Shown: positions 9,547 to 21,520, numbered from the stretch's first letter. The stretch: 64,000 bases of DNA from Anaerolineae bacterium (GCA_037439525.1 JBBIVW010000001.1:41802-105801); one strand, 5' to 3'. Translations and numbers: made by a program. Notes: generated from the sequence alone by a model not told the origin.

Positions 9547-10980
9547 ATGAAACAATCCATCCGCCGCGTGCTGATCGCCTCCAATCATCCTCTCTTTGCC
9601 GAAGGGTTGATCAGCCTTTTGCGCGATAAAGCCGGCGAAGATTTAGAAATCATCGCCGTGGTTTCGAACGTCGAACAAGCGCACCAACTCTTGGAGAAAG
9701 AGCAACCCGATCTGATCGTTGTAGATTACGACGATGAAGCGCTCAATCGAGAAGAGTTTCTGGCGCGCTTCGTGGAAGGGCAGCATCAACTGCGCCTGGT
9801 GCTGCTTTCTTTACACAGCAATGGCGAGGCGTTGATCTACGACCGGCGCACCCTATCCGCCACGCAAATCGACGCCTGGCTTGAAAGATGGGATTTGAAC
9901 GCCACCTCAGCCAAGAAATCCACAAAGGCGCGCAATGCCAAACTTCGATCGAACCTCTGGAGAAAAGACATGAAGCATTTGTTGATTGCAGGTGTACTTG
10001 TTTTGGTGGTTACGGCTTTGTTGATCGTGGGCCTCGAAACCGTGCGGCTATTACCGGTACAAGCCAGCCTTCAGGCGCAGCCCATTGATGACCTGTTTTC
10101 CCTGGAGTTCAAAGTCATCGCCTTTCTCTTTTCACTCATTGTTGTGTTTATGGTCTATAGCATCGTCGTGTTTCGCCGCAAACCAGGCGACCTCAGCGAT
10201 GCAAAGCACATCGAAGGCAATACGCGCCTGGAGGTGTTATGGACGGCGGCTCCATTAGCGACGGTTTTGGTGTTCGCCTACCTGGGTAGCCAGGCTTTGG
10301 GCGAGACTATGCGCGCCGACCCAAAGCCATTGGAAGTCAATGTCATTGGTCAACAATGGGCTTGGCGCTTCGAATATCCCCAATATGGCATCACCTCGGA
10401 TCGTCTCATCCTGCCGGTCAACAAACAGGCAGTACTCCATCTTTGGTCAGAAGACGTGATTCACTCCTTTTGGGTGCCGGAATTTCGCGTTAAACAGGAT
10501 GCGCTTCCAGGCGGGGAAGCCAATGCGCGCGATCTTCGTGTGACGCCCACCCTCACCGGTGAATTCAAGTTACGCTGTGCCGAATTGTGCGGACGGCTAC
10601 ACGCCACCATGCTCGCCAACGTCATCGTCATGACCACGGCAGATTTCGATGCCTGGATGGCAGAACAGCTCGGTTTATCGCAAGACCCGGTTGCCCGAGG
10701 CGAGAAGTGGGCGAAAGAATTCGGGTGCCTCGCCTGCCATAGCGTGGACGGCAGCCCATTGGTTGGGCCATCCTGGTTGGGCATTTTCGGCAAAACCGTA
10801 CGCTCGACCGACGGCACGGAGCTCATTGTCGATGAAAATTACCTCATTCAATCCGTGCTCGACCCGAACGCATACATCGTCGAAGGCTTCCTGCCCAACA
10901 TCATGCCGCAAAATTATGCAGATCGCCTCACCTTGGAGCAAATCCAAGACATTGTGGCTTACATCCAATCGTTGAAGTAG
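9547..10980 (+). CDS. ctaC: cytochrome c oxidase subunit II with C-terminal cytochrome c domain and an N-terminal receiver-like extension
   Basis: CuA site HSFWVPE...CAELCGRLHATM. C-terminal CLACH heme c motif. The N-terminal ~140 aa resemble a NarL-type REC domain. The ORF track starts at GTG 9517; ATG 9547 (MKQSIRRVLIA) is preferred. An in-frame ATG at 9970 with GGAG upstream could give a conventional subunit II. Confidence 0.8.
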   Translation: MKQSIRRVLIASNHPLFAEGLISLLRDKAGEDLEIIAVVSNVEQAHQLLEKEQPDLIVVDYDDEALNREEFLARFVEGQHQLRLVLLSLHSNGEALIYDRRTLSATQIDAWLERWDLNATSAKKSTKARNAKLRSNLWRKDMKHLLIAGVLVLVVTALLIVGLETVRLLPVQASLQAQPIDDLFSLEFKVIAFLFSLIVVFMVYSIVVFRRKPGDLSDAKHIEGNTRLEVLWTAAPLATVLVFAYLGSQALGETMRADPKPLEVNVIGQQWAWRFEYPQYGITSDRLILPVNKQAVLHLWSEDVIHSFWVPEFRVKQDALPGGEANARDLRVTPTLTGEFKLRCAELCGRLHATMLANVIVMTTADFDAWMAEQLGLSQDPVARGEKWAKEFGCLACHSVDGSPLVGPSWLGIFGKTVRSTDGTELIVDENYLIQSVLDPNAYIVEGFLPNIMPQNYADRLTLEQIQDIVAYIQSLK

Positions 10981-11014
10981 TCCCCTGGATGACCATCCAA
11001 TCTCGGAGGAACGC

Positions 11015-12943
11015 ATGACCGCAACAAGAAACATCCGCTTCTTTTCTATCAGCCTGGTACGAGGTTTGTTTGCCTTCAGCCTCGCCTTTATCATCGGCGC
11101 ATCTGTGACGACGCTCATTCGCCTTCTTTTGGGGTTGAGCGCCTGGGAGAAGACTGCGTTCGGTTTTACCGAGCCGGCTTGGGTAAGCGGCGCCCTCTTT
11201 GGCTTCGTCGGGTTTATGCTCGGCGTGGGCGTGCTCAACGACTGGCTGAAGTGGGCGAAAGGAGAAGCGACACCCGACCACCCGCAAGATGCTCACCCCA
11301 GCGGCTGGGCGCGCTACCTGAGCGCGTCTTATGACCATAAAGTCATCGGCGTGCAGTACGGCTTTACGTCTTTGGTGCTCTTTGCCCTCGCCGGAGCCTT
11401 CGCGCTCACCTTCCGTAGCGAATTAATCCTGCCAGAGATGCAGCTCCTCACTTATGAATCCTACAATACGATCATGAGCTTGCATGGCATTGTCATGATC
11501 GCGGCGATCTTGTTGGGCGTCGGGGCGATGTCCAACTACCTGGTGCCGCTGATGATCGGGGCGAACGACATGGCATTCCCACGCCTCAACGCCTTTGCCT
11601 ATTGGGTCAACGTCCCCGCGGCGATTTTCCTCATATCCAGTCTATTCTTGGGTGGATTCGACACCGGCTGGACCGGCTACCCACCCTTAAGCACGCGCGC
11701 CCCGTTGGGTATGCAAATGTTCTTCATCGGGGTGTATTTTGCCGGCCTCTCCTCTATCCTGGGTTCATTGAACATCATTGTGACCACATTGCGCATGCGC
11801 GCCAAAGGGATGACTTTCTTCCGCATGCCCATCTTCGTTTGGACCGCGCTGGCCACCGCGGTGATCGGCTTGACCGCCACACAATTGATCGGACTTTCCT
11901 TTCAACTGGTGATGTTCGAGCGCCTGTTTGGCATGGGGTTTTTCGACCCTGCTCAGGGAGGCGACCCGATTCTCTTTCAGCACCTCTTCTGGTTCTACTC
12001 CCACCCAGCGGTGTATGTTTTCGTGCTTACCGGGTTGGGTGTGATCAGCGAGCTACTGCCGGTTTTCGCCCGTAAACCGCTGTTCGGCTATCGCTGGGTG
12101 GCGCTTTCTTCTTTTGGTATCGCCATTGTCGGCTTCTTCGTTTGGGCGCATCACATGTTCACCAGCGGCATGGCTGCCTATCTGCGCGTCCCCTTTATGT
12201 ATAGCACCCTGCTGGTCGCCGTGCCTACTGGGGTCAAGTTCTTCAGTTGGGTGGCAACCATATGGCAAGGAAAACTATCTTTCGAAACTCCCGCCTTATT
12301 CGTCCTGGGCGCCATTTCCATTTTCCTCTTAGGTGGGTTGAGCGGTCCTCCGAACGGCACCGTCGCCACCGATTTGCACCTGCAGGATACCTATTGGATC
12401 GTGGGGCATTTTCATGCCACCATGTTTGGCGGTTTCGTCTTTCCTTTCTTCGCCGCCATCTACTATTGGTTTCCAAAGATCACCGGGCGGATGTACAACG
12501 AAAAGCTCGGCAAGCTCCACTTTTACCTGATGCTCCCGGCGTTCTACGTGCAATCCTTGGGGCAGATGCAGGTGGGTTTGTTGGGCATGCGCCGGCGCAT
12601 CGCCGATTATGACCCGGCGCTCGGCATCGAAACATCGCACCTCTTGATCACCCTGGCAGGCTACATCATCGGTATTTCGGTGCTCATCGCCTTCTTCAAC
12701 CTGGCGTATAGCGCCGCGCGTGGACCGGCAGCGCTGCCCAACCCCTGGCGCTCGCGTTCCCCCGAATTTCAATTGCCCTCACCAATCCCTCAACACAACT
12801 ATGAGGCACCCTTCGAGGTAGTCGGCGAACCGTACGACTACGGCTTATCCGGCTCTGCTTACGTCAGCATCGACCAGGAACGGCTCGGCGAGGCGCCTAA
12901 GCCTCAAGGTAGCCTCTCGATCGCCGAAGCAGGCACGGATTAG
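11015..12943 (+). CDS. ctaD: cytochrome c oxidase subunit I (with ~100-aa N-terminal two-TM extension)
   Basis: 642-aa ORF. HKVIGVQY, WFYSHPAVYV and VGHFHATMFGG are heme-copper oxidase signatures. Confidence 0.9.
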   Translation: MTATRNIRFFSISLVRGLFAFSLAFIIGASVTTLIRLLLGLSAWEKTAFGFTEPAWVSGALFGFVGFMLGVGVLNDWLKWAKGEATPDHPQDAHPSGWARYLSASYDHKVIGVQYGFTSLVLFALAGAFALTFRSELILPEMQLLTYESYNTIMSLHGIVMIAAILLGVGAMSNYLVPLMIGANDMAFPRLNAFAYWVNVPAAIFLISSLFLGGFDTGWTGYPPLSTRAPLGMQMFFIGVYFAGLSSILGSLNIIVTTLRMRAKGMTFFRMPIFVWTALATAVIGLTATQLIGLSFQLVMFERLFGMGFFDPAQGGDPILFQHLFWFYSHPAVYVFVLTGLGVISELLPVFARKPLFGYRWVALSSFGIAIVGFFVWAHHMFTSGMAAYLRVPFMYSTLLVAVPTGVKFFSWVATIWQGKLSFETPALFVLGAISIFLLGGLSGPPNGTVATDLHLQDTYWIVGHFHATMFGGFVFPFFAAIYYWFPKITGRMYNEKLGKLHFYLMLPAFYVQSLGQMQVGLLGMRRRIADYDPALGIETSHLLITLAGYIIGISVLIAFFNLAYSAARGPAALPNPWRSRSPEFQLPSPIPQHNYEAPFEVVGEPYDYGLSGSAYVSIDQERLGEAPKPQGSLSIAEAGTD

Positions 12944-12980
12944 ACCCCCCATGCCATTTGTCGAGAAAGGATAGAAGATT

Positions 12981-13193
12981 ATGGAAGAAAAAAGAAATCA
13001 ATTGCATCGTATCGGTTTGACAGTGTTGATCATCTTGGGAGTGCTGACCATCGGTGAGTTCTTCATCGGGGCAATTGCCTGGCAGTGGTGGGCGATCCTG
13101 CTGGCGATCGCCTCTCTCAAAGCGTTCTACATCGTCCGCGAGTACATGCACATCGCCCGCCTATTTCAACCCCAAGAGGAGCAAGTGGAATGA
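12981..13193 (+). CDS. small two-TM protein, prokaryotic cytochrome oxidase subunit IV-like
   Basis: 70-aa ORF between subunits I and III. AIASLKAFYIVREYMHI resembles the COX4_pro motif. Its stop overlaps the next start (ATGA at 13190). Confidence 0.6.
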   Translation: MEEKRNQLHRIGLTVLIILGVLTIGEFFIGAIAWQWWAILLAIASLKAFYIVREYMHIARLFQPQEEQVE

Positions 13194-13765
13194 ATCAACC
13201 CACTCTTTCCCAATACCAATACCTCCAAAAGACGATCAACAACCGATTAGGTCTGTGGCTCTTCCTGGTATCGGATGCATTCGTCTTCGGAGGTCTGTTC
13301 ATCGCCCGCTTTTACTTGCTTGGCACGGATGCCCGACCTGAGGTCAACCAGATTGTCGGGTTGGTGGTTACTTCAATTCTGCTGCTCTCCAGCTTTTTCA
13401 TGAACCGCGCCGAGACAGCCATGGCTACCGGCGATACCAAAGGCTTCTTCCGCCATGCCCGCCTCACCCTGGCATTGGGCAGTTTGTTTCTCATCGGCGT
13501 GGTTGGAGTGGAATGGCGCATCGCGCCCTACCCTCCCGATCACAGCGTAGCCTACGCCTTGCTCTACACCATGACTGGCTTTCACGCCTTTCATGTGCTC
13601 AGCGGTTTGATTTTCATCGCCCTGGTGTACCGCAATGCCCGCCGAGGTCTGTATTCCGCTGAACGTCACTGGCCGGTCGAAGCTGCCGCAGTGTACTGGC
13701 ATTTCGTCGATGTCGTTTGGGTGTTCTTCTATCCCGCCCTCTACCTTATCGGACAGGCGATCTAA
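13190..13765 (+). CDS. ctaE: cytochrome c oxidase subunit III
   Basis: Start set at ATG 13190 (MNQPTLSQYQ), coupled to the upstream stop. LWLFLVSDAFVFGGLF and YWHFVDVVWVFFYP motifs. Confidence 0.85.
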   Translation: MNQPTLSQYQYLQKTINNRLGLWLFLVSDAFVFGGLFIARFYLLGTDARPEVNQIVGLVVTSILLLSSFFMNRAETAMATGDTKGFFRHARLTLALGSLFLIGVVGVEWRIAPYPPDHSVAYALLYTMTGFHAFHVLSGLIFIALVYRNARRGLYSAERHWPVEAAAVYWHFVDVVWVFFYPALYLIGQAI

Positions 13766-13792
13766 CCTTATTGATAGCTTGAAAGGACTAGG

Positions 13793-14407
13793 ATGAAAAA
13801 CCTTGGCGCTCTGTTCATCGGGTTTATCGCCGGGCTGGCGACGATCTTCGCCGTGCGCTGGTTCATACCGCAGAAATACACCTTCCAGGGTGTGCTCATC
13901 GACCCTCCAGCCAAAGCCATGGACTTCTCTCTGGTGGATCAATATGGTGAGATGTTCACCCTGAGCGCGCAGCACGGAAAGATCAATGTGATCTTCTTCG
14001 GCTATACGAATTGCCCGGATATTTGTCCTACCACTTTGGCCATGTTCAAAAACGTGAAGGCTGCCTTGGGCGACCTGGCGGCTGAAGTCAATTTCGTCAT
14101 GGTCACGGTGGACCCGGAACGCGACCATCCCTCCCGCCTGAGAGAATACCTCGCCGCTTTCGACCCGTCTTTTATCGGTTTGAGCGGTGATCATCACAGT
14201 CTGACGCCCGTCTGGGAGGCATATGGGGTATATGTGAACCACAGCGCCGGGGCACACGCGGACGACCTCTTGCTCGAACATTCGTCGCGCGTGTACCTTA
14301 TCGATCAGAACGGTCAATGGCGCTTGACTTACCCATACGGCATGGAATACGAGAAGCTGGTCAGCGACATCCGCTACCTGCTCGAATCAAACGCACATCA
14401 GCAATGA
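13793..14407 (+). CDS. SCO1/SenC family copper chaperone
   Basis: FFGYTNCPDICPTTL CxxxC motif, N-terminal TM anchor, position inside the oxidase operon. Confidence 0.85.
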   Translation: MKNLGALFIGFIAGLATIFAVRWFIPQKYTFQGVLIDPPAKAMDFSLVDQYGEMFTLSAQHGKINVIFFGYTNCPDICPTTLAMFKNVKAALGDLAAEVNFVMVTVDPERDHPSRLREYLAAFDPSFIGLSGDHHSLTPVWEAYGVYVNHSAGAHADDLLLEHSSRVYLIDQNGQWRLTYPYGMEYEKLVSDIRYLLESNAHQQ

Positions 14408-14931
14408 ACACCATCCCCTGGCAAGCCTATATCAAGCGCTTCGTATTGGTTGCAGTCATCTCTCTTGGATTGGTCGTTTCGATCAACGAGATTTCTTTCC
14501 TGATGCAAAAGGAACCTTATGACCGCGCGCCGCAAACGGTGCAAATCGTCATCCCGCCTGGAACAGCGGAACTAGTGGAGCAAGGGAAAGAATCGGTAAC
14601 CCCGCCGGAGGATATGGTCTTCGTCATCGGAGATGTCCTGGAAGTGGTCAATCAGGATGACGTTGGTCACCAACTGGGTCCCATCTGGGTGCCGCCGCAC
14701 AGCGTCGGACGGCTTGCCCTGGAGCGGGCGGAACGGTACGCTTTTTCTTGTTCGTTCCAAACCAGTCGCTATCTTAACCTGGATGTGAGACAGGCGACGA
14801 CCTTATCTACCCGCTTGATCGCCCTGGGTCTTTCTTTCCCCACCATGGCAACCTTGATCTTCATTTACAGCCTGCTCGCCTTCCCGATTCCATCTGTGGC
14901 GCGCCTGCCAGAGGAGGGCGCTCTGCGATGA
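14404..14931 (+). CDS. hypothetical membrane protein of the oxidase operon
   Basis: Start set at ATG 14404 (ATGA overlap with the SCO stop) and stop overlapping the SURF1 start (ATGA 14928). N- and C-terminal TM segments. No family recognised. Confidence 0.5.
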   Translation: MNTIPWQAYIKRFVLVAVISLGLVVSINEISFLMQKEPYDRAPQTVQIVIPPGTAELVEQGKESVTPPEDMVFVIGDVLEVVNQDDVGHQLGPIWVPPHSVGRLALERAERYAFSCSFQTSRYLNLDVRQATTLSTRLIALGLSFPTMATLIFIYSLLAFPIPSVARLPEEGALR

Positions 14932-15755
14932 TCGCCCGCCTGTTCAGCCGCGCCTGGTGGTGGAAGACTCTCATCGTCCTCGCCGCCATGGCCGTGATGA
15001 TCCGCTTGGGGTTCTGGCAGCTCGATCGTCTGGAGCAGCGCCAAGCGTTCAACGCGCACCTCAGCGAGCAGATGCAGCAGCCGCCTTTGGTGCTTACCGA
15101 ACAGACTTTTGAAGCGCCTCTAACGGAAATGGAGTACCGTCAGGTGATTGTGCACGGGGAGTTCCTGTACGCAGAGGAAATCGCCCTACGCAACCAATAT
15201 TGGGAAAACCAGTGGGGAGTGCACCTGGTAACCCCATTGCGCATCGAAAACAGCCAAACCGCCGTTTTGGTGGATCGGGGGTGGATCCCTGCCGAAGCGT
15301 TCACTTCCGGCGACTGGTCGGCCTTTTCCACCCCTGGAGTGGTCACCGTGCAGGGCATCATCCGCCGTTCGCAGAGCAAGGCGGATTTCGGCATGCGTGG
15401 GGATGATCCCCCCGCTCCAGAAGGACCGCGTCAGGTGGCTTGGAATTTCGTCAACATCCCCTGGATCCAACAACAGACCAGCGTGGAGCTGCTACCCATC
15501 TACATCCAACAGGCGCCTGAGGCAGGTCAGCAAACCCTGCCCTACCGAGCCTTGCCCGAACTCGAATTGAGCGAAGGACCTCATCTCGGTTATGCCCTGC
15601 AATGGTTTACCTTTGCTCTAATCTTAGGCGTGGGATACCCATTCTTATTGCGCCAGCAAGACAAGAGATCTGCTCCAAACCACCCCATAACGCCGAGCCA
15701 GGCGCTCGAAGCTAAAAAGGCAAACGCGCACCCATCAGACCTCCCCCATAGTTGA
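14928..15755 (+). CDS. SURF1 family cytochrome oxidase assembly protein
   Basis: LIVLAAMAVMIRLGFWQLDRLEQRQ N-terminus and GPHLGYALQWFTFALI C-terminal motif are typical of SURF1. Confidence 0.8.
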   Translation: MIARLFSRAWWWKTLIVLAAMAVMIRLGFWQLDRLEQRQAFNAHLSEQMQQPPLVLTEQTFEAPLTEMEYRQVIVHGEFLYAEEIALRNQYWENQWGVHLVTPLRIENSQTAVLVDRGWIPAEAFTSGDWSAFSTPGVVTVQGIIRRSQSKADFGMRGDDPPAPEGPRQVAWNFVNIPWIQQQTSVELLPIYIQQAPEAGQQTLPYRALPELELSEGPHLGYALQWFTFALILGVGYPFLLRQQDKRSAPNHPITPSQALEAKKANAHPSDLPHS

Positions 15756-15762
15756 AAGATAG

Positions 15763-17082
15763 ATGAACGCCAACTTCTCCCGCCTTACGAAGATCGCGAT
15801 CCTCAGTCTGCTGCTCATGTCGCTCAGCGGGGTCCTGGTGAGCACCCTGACAGGTGCGCAGTCCTGCCCGGCATGGCCGGTTTGCTTAGGCGAGCTGTTC
15901 TCCCATCCAACCAGCGCCGCACTGCACCTCGCCCATCGCCTGAGCGTGTTGGTTGCCAGCATCAGCCTCGTCTTGCTAACAGCCGCCGCATGGCGCGAAC
16001 AAAACAACCAGGTGCACGCGCTGACATTGAGTACCTTGACCGCTACTTTTTTCATCGGGCAAGCCATGCTCGGGGCGCGCCTGGCGGTGAGCCCCTCCCT
16101 TCCGCTGCTCGTCCTGCACCGCATGAGCGCCATGGCGCTCTGGACGAGCCTGGCGCTGTACGCCATCCAGGCTACCCGTCATCAGGCTGCCCCTGCCCTC
16201 GAGCCCGCCCAGCCGAGACGTGCCCGCCAAATGGCGCGTGATTTTTTAAGCCTGACCAAGCCGGTGGTGGTGACATTGCTGCTGGTAACCACATACGCGG
16301 GCATGGTCATTGGCGCCCAGCGCCTGCCCTCACCGGAACTGGCTTTCTTCACCCTATTGGGTGGATTCCTGGCTGCGGGAGGCGCCAGCGCCATCAATCA
16401 ATACCTGGAACGCCAGGATGACCTCAAAATGCAGCGCACACAGACGCGCCCTTTGCCCGCGGGTCGCCTGACTCCAGCCGAAGGGCTGGCGTTCGGTTTG
16501 AGCCTGTGCGTACTTTCGATTTATGTTATGGTCACCTTTGTCAACCTGCTCGCCGCGGCGCTCACCCTGTGCGGCATTTTATACTACGTGGTGGTATATA
16601 CCATGCTGCTGAAAAAAGCTACGGCTCAGAATATCGTCATCGGCGGCGGCGCAGGCGCCATCCCACCGCTCGTCGGTTGGGCTGCAACTACTGGTAGTCT
16701 CAACGTCCCGGCGCTGTTCTTGTTCGCCATCGTCTTCATGTGGACGCCACCGCACTTTTGGGCGCTTGCCCTGGTGCGCAAGCAGGATTATGCCCGCGCC
16801 GGGGTGCCCATGTTGCCCGTGGTGCGCGGCGAGGCGCATACGCGCACGCAGATTCTCATCTATACCCTGCAGCTCGTCTTGCTGACGCTCTGCCTGCCGG
16901 TGGTTGGTCTGGGTGGGGCGATCTATTTCAGCGGCGCCCTGGCGCTGGGCGGCTGGTTGCTCTTCTCCGCCTATCGTCTGTGGCGCCAGGCGGGCAACAA
17001 AATCGCATGGAAGATGTATCGCTACTCTTCCATGTACCTGGCGTTCCTGTTTTTTGTGCTGATGATCGACCGCTTGTTCTAA
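15763..17082 (+). CDS. ctaB: compact (4-TM) heme A synthase-like domain fused to protoheme IX farnesyltransferase (heme O synthase)
   Basis: The N-terminal ~150 aa align by eye to the first half of CtaA/COX15 (SCPAWPVC, HLAHR, GQAMLGA, LHR). The remainder is CtaB/CyoE-like (LTKPVVVTLLL, NQYLERQDD, MWTPPHFWALAL). Confidence 0.85.
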   Translation: MNANFSRLTKIAILSLLLMSLSGVLVSTLTGAQSCPAWPVCLGELFSHPTSAALHLAHRLSVLVASISLVLLTAAAWREQNNQVHALTLSTLTATFFIGQAMLGARLAVSPSLPLLVLHRMSAMALWTSLALYAIQATRHQAAPALEPAQPRRARQMARDFLSLTKPVVVTLLLVTTYAGMVIGAQRLPSPELAFFTLLGGFLAAGGASAINQYLERQDDLKMQRTQTRPLPAGRLTPAEGLAFGLSLCVLSIYVMVTFVNLLAAALTLCGILYYVVVYTMLLKKATAQNIVIGGGAGAIPPLVGWAATTGSLNVPALFLFAIVFMWTPPHFWALALVRKQDYARAGVPMLPVVRGEAHTRTQILIYTLQLVLLTLCLPVVGLGGAIYFSGALALGGWLLFSAYRLWRQAGNKIAWKMYRYSSMYLAFLFFVLMIDRLF

Positions 17083-17093
17083 TCCGTTTCCCC

Positions 17094-18173
17094 TCAATCC
17101 ACAATCACCTGGGTGCCGTTGCCAGTCACTTCCCAATCGTCGTGCCCGGCGATGTTCGCAGGATCAAAGACCGGCGTGGACCAGCGAAACAGCCACTTTG
17201 CATCTTCGTTGCGCATGTTGACGCAGCCATGGCTCATCTGCAGGCCGAAATTGTTGTGCCAATATGTGCCATGCAGCGCATACCCCCCAGGGCTGCGGAA
17301 GAAACACGTCCAGGGCACGCCCGGCAGAGAAAAACCCCCATTGTCCTCCACCTCCGCCCCGCCAGCCACGCTGCCCATGTGTTTCGAAGGCAGTTTGGCG
17401 TAGATGACAAAGCGGCCGCGCGGCGTATCGGTGGGCAATTCATCGCCGGATAAGCGGCGGTTGGGGATGCCGGAGGAGATTTTCGTCTCCAGCACGAGCT
17501 CATCTGCCTGGTAGGCGCGCAGCGTCTGCTCGGCGATGGAGACCTCGATGCGCTTCTGCTCTGGTGGCACCTGGGTGGCAATAGGCGCATACTCCTCAGG
17601 CGGGATCAGGCGCAGGTGTTCCGCGGGCACATAGTAGCGTTCGGTGACGCTCAATTCGTTGGTCAGCTCGTACCACGGCTTCCCGTTCGGGCCTTCGGCG
17701 ACCTTCGTCGCCCAATGTGTCGAGGAATAATACAGGCGCGAGCCCCTCCAGGGGAACCAGCCGTCCCAACGGTTGTATTGATAAGCCACCGTATAAGGCA
17801 CGGTGACTTCGCATAACTGCCCGCTCTCCGGCAGGTAACTGACCGCATCGTTGAGGCGGATCTTCACCAGTTGCAGGTGGGCGCTATGCACATATCCGCC
17901 CCAGACGCGGTACCATAAGGTGTTGTAGAATTGCGGAGCATCCTGCGGTCGGATTTCATAATAAATATGCAGCAGCTGATCGCGAAAGCGGTTGCCGACG
18001 ATGGGAGCCTCATCGTTTGGACGCGCGCGCACATCCACTTGTTTGGTCGCCACGCGCGCCAGCAAACCCTGATCGCGCTCCATCCAACGCGGGAAAAAGG
18101 GCTCGATGAACGCCCCGCTAAACGCCAGGCCGCTCAACTTGAGGAAATCACGCCGGCTCAGCCTTTGGCTCAT
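17094..18173 (-). CDS. L,D-transpeptidase (YkuD) family protein with Tat-type signal
   Basis: SRRDFLKLSGLAFSG twin-arginine signal. Catalytic HGTYWHNNFGLQMSHGCVNM motif. Start moved to ATG 18173 (MSQRLSRRDF); the ORF track starts at 18224. Confidence 0.8.
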   Translation of the reverse strand: MSQRLSRRDFLKLSGLAFSGAFIEPFFPRWMERDQGLLARVATKQVDVRARPNDEAPIVGNRFRDQLLHIYYEIRPQDAPQFYNTLWYRVWGGYVHSAHLQLVKIRLNDAVSYLPESGQLCEVTVPYTVAYQYNRWDGWFPWRGSRLYYSSTHWATKVAEGPNGKPWYELTNELSVTERYYVPAEHLRLIPPEEYAPIATQVPPEQKRIEVSIAEQTLRAYQADELVLETKISSGIPNRRLSGDELPTDTPRGRFVIYAKLPSKHMGSVAGGAEVEDNGGFSLPGVPWTCFFRSPGGYALHGTYWHNNFGLQMSHGCVNMRNEDAKWLFRWSTPVFDPANIAGHDDWEVTGNGTQVIVD

Positions 18174-18282
18174 ATCATCCACGCACTGCGCATGTATGGC
18201 GCAGTCCCTTGCAGGTCTATCCAATCAAGGGGCGGCGCCTTCCGGCGCACTTGGAAACCGCCGCCCCACGGAACACGATGCC

Positions 18283-21033
<2,751 letters not shown>

Positions 21034-21319
21034 GATTGTCCTCCAAGATCAAAATAAGTTCGCGTTACAGGGCAAAAGCCCTGGTACAGGCACATATACC
21101 GCGCTCCCCCAGCGGGGGATACTAAAGGTTAAGTGTACCATAGGGGGGATGAAGGGGCGTTAAAGTTTGCTAGGAAAGTCGAGGGAGATGTGCTGGGCTG
21201 CGCTTTGACTGAGATCAGGTGGTGCGGATCACCTCCCATGTGACAAGGAAAGGCGATGGTCACTTCGGGCTGATGCGCCAGGGGCGTGTTGCTCGTCAAG
21301 GAGCAGAGCCATGGGATGA

Positions 21320-21520
21320 TTACTTGTCGAGGGAGGCGAGATTCTTTCGAACTTTTAGAATATAAGGGTGACCCGCAGGGAGAGCAGCCTCTAATAGGAC
21401 AAGCGCCTACTCAAAGTACGACCGCGCCCCTTCTAGATCTCCCAGGTCTTTGAGCAGCATACCCAGGTTGTTCAGGCTGCGCGCCATGTCGGAGTGCTGC
21501 GCGCCAAGCACCTCACAATA
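21320..21520 (-). pseudogene. 3' remnant of a TPR-repeat (TPR_12-like) protein gene with an internal stop
   Basis: My minus-strand translation is YCEVLGAQHSDMARSLNNLGMLLKDLGDLEGARSYFE*ALVLLEAALPAGHPYILKVRKNLASLDK*. In-frame TAG at 21407-21409. No N-terminal part upstream. Confidence 0.6.

Noticed and set aside
13373-14317. 314-aa minus-strand ORF across the ctaE/SCO genes
   Set aside because: It overlaps two well-supported, translationally coupled plus-strand genes. No motifs and no SD.
16579-17453. ORFs of 185 aa (minus) and 237 aa (plus) overlapping the ctaB 3' end and the L,D-transpeptidase gene
   Set aside because: Both are out of frame or antisense to genes with clear family motifs. 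Arg/Gly/Ala-rich composition.
21069-21084. Small hairpin cagggc-aaaa-gccctg between ppdK and the decayed locus
   Set aside because: It lies upstream of the ppdK start on the coding strand, has only a 6-bp stem and no U-tract. This is insufficient to call a terminator or riboswitch.
21226-21236. GGATCACCTCC, identical to the 3' end of 16S rRNA
   Set aside because: The upstream sequence diverges from the 16S 3' terminus after a few bases and no rRNA is nearby. Its complement is better read as an orphan Shine-Dalgarno sequence left in a decayed locus.
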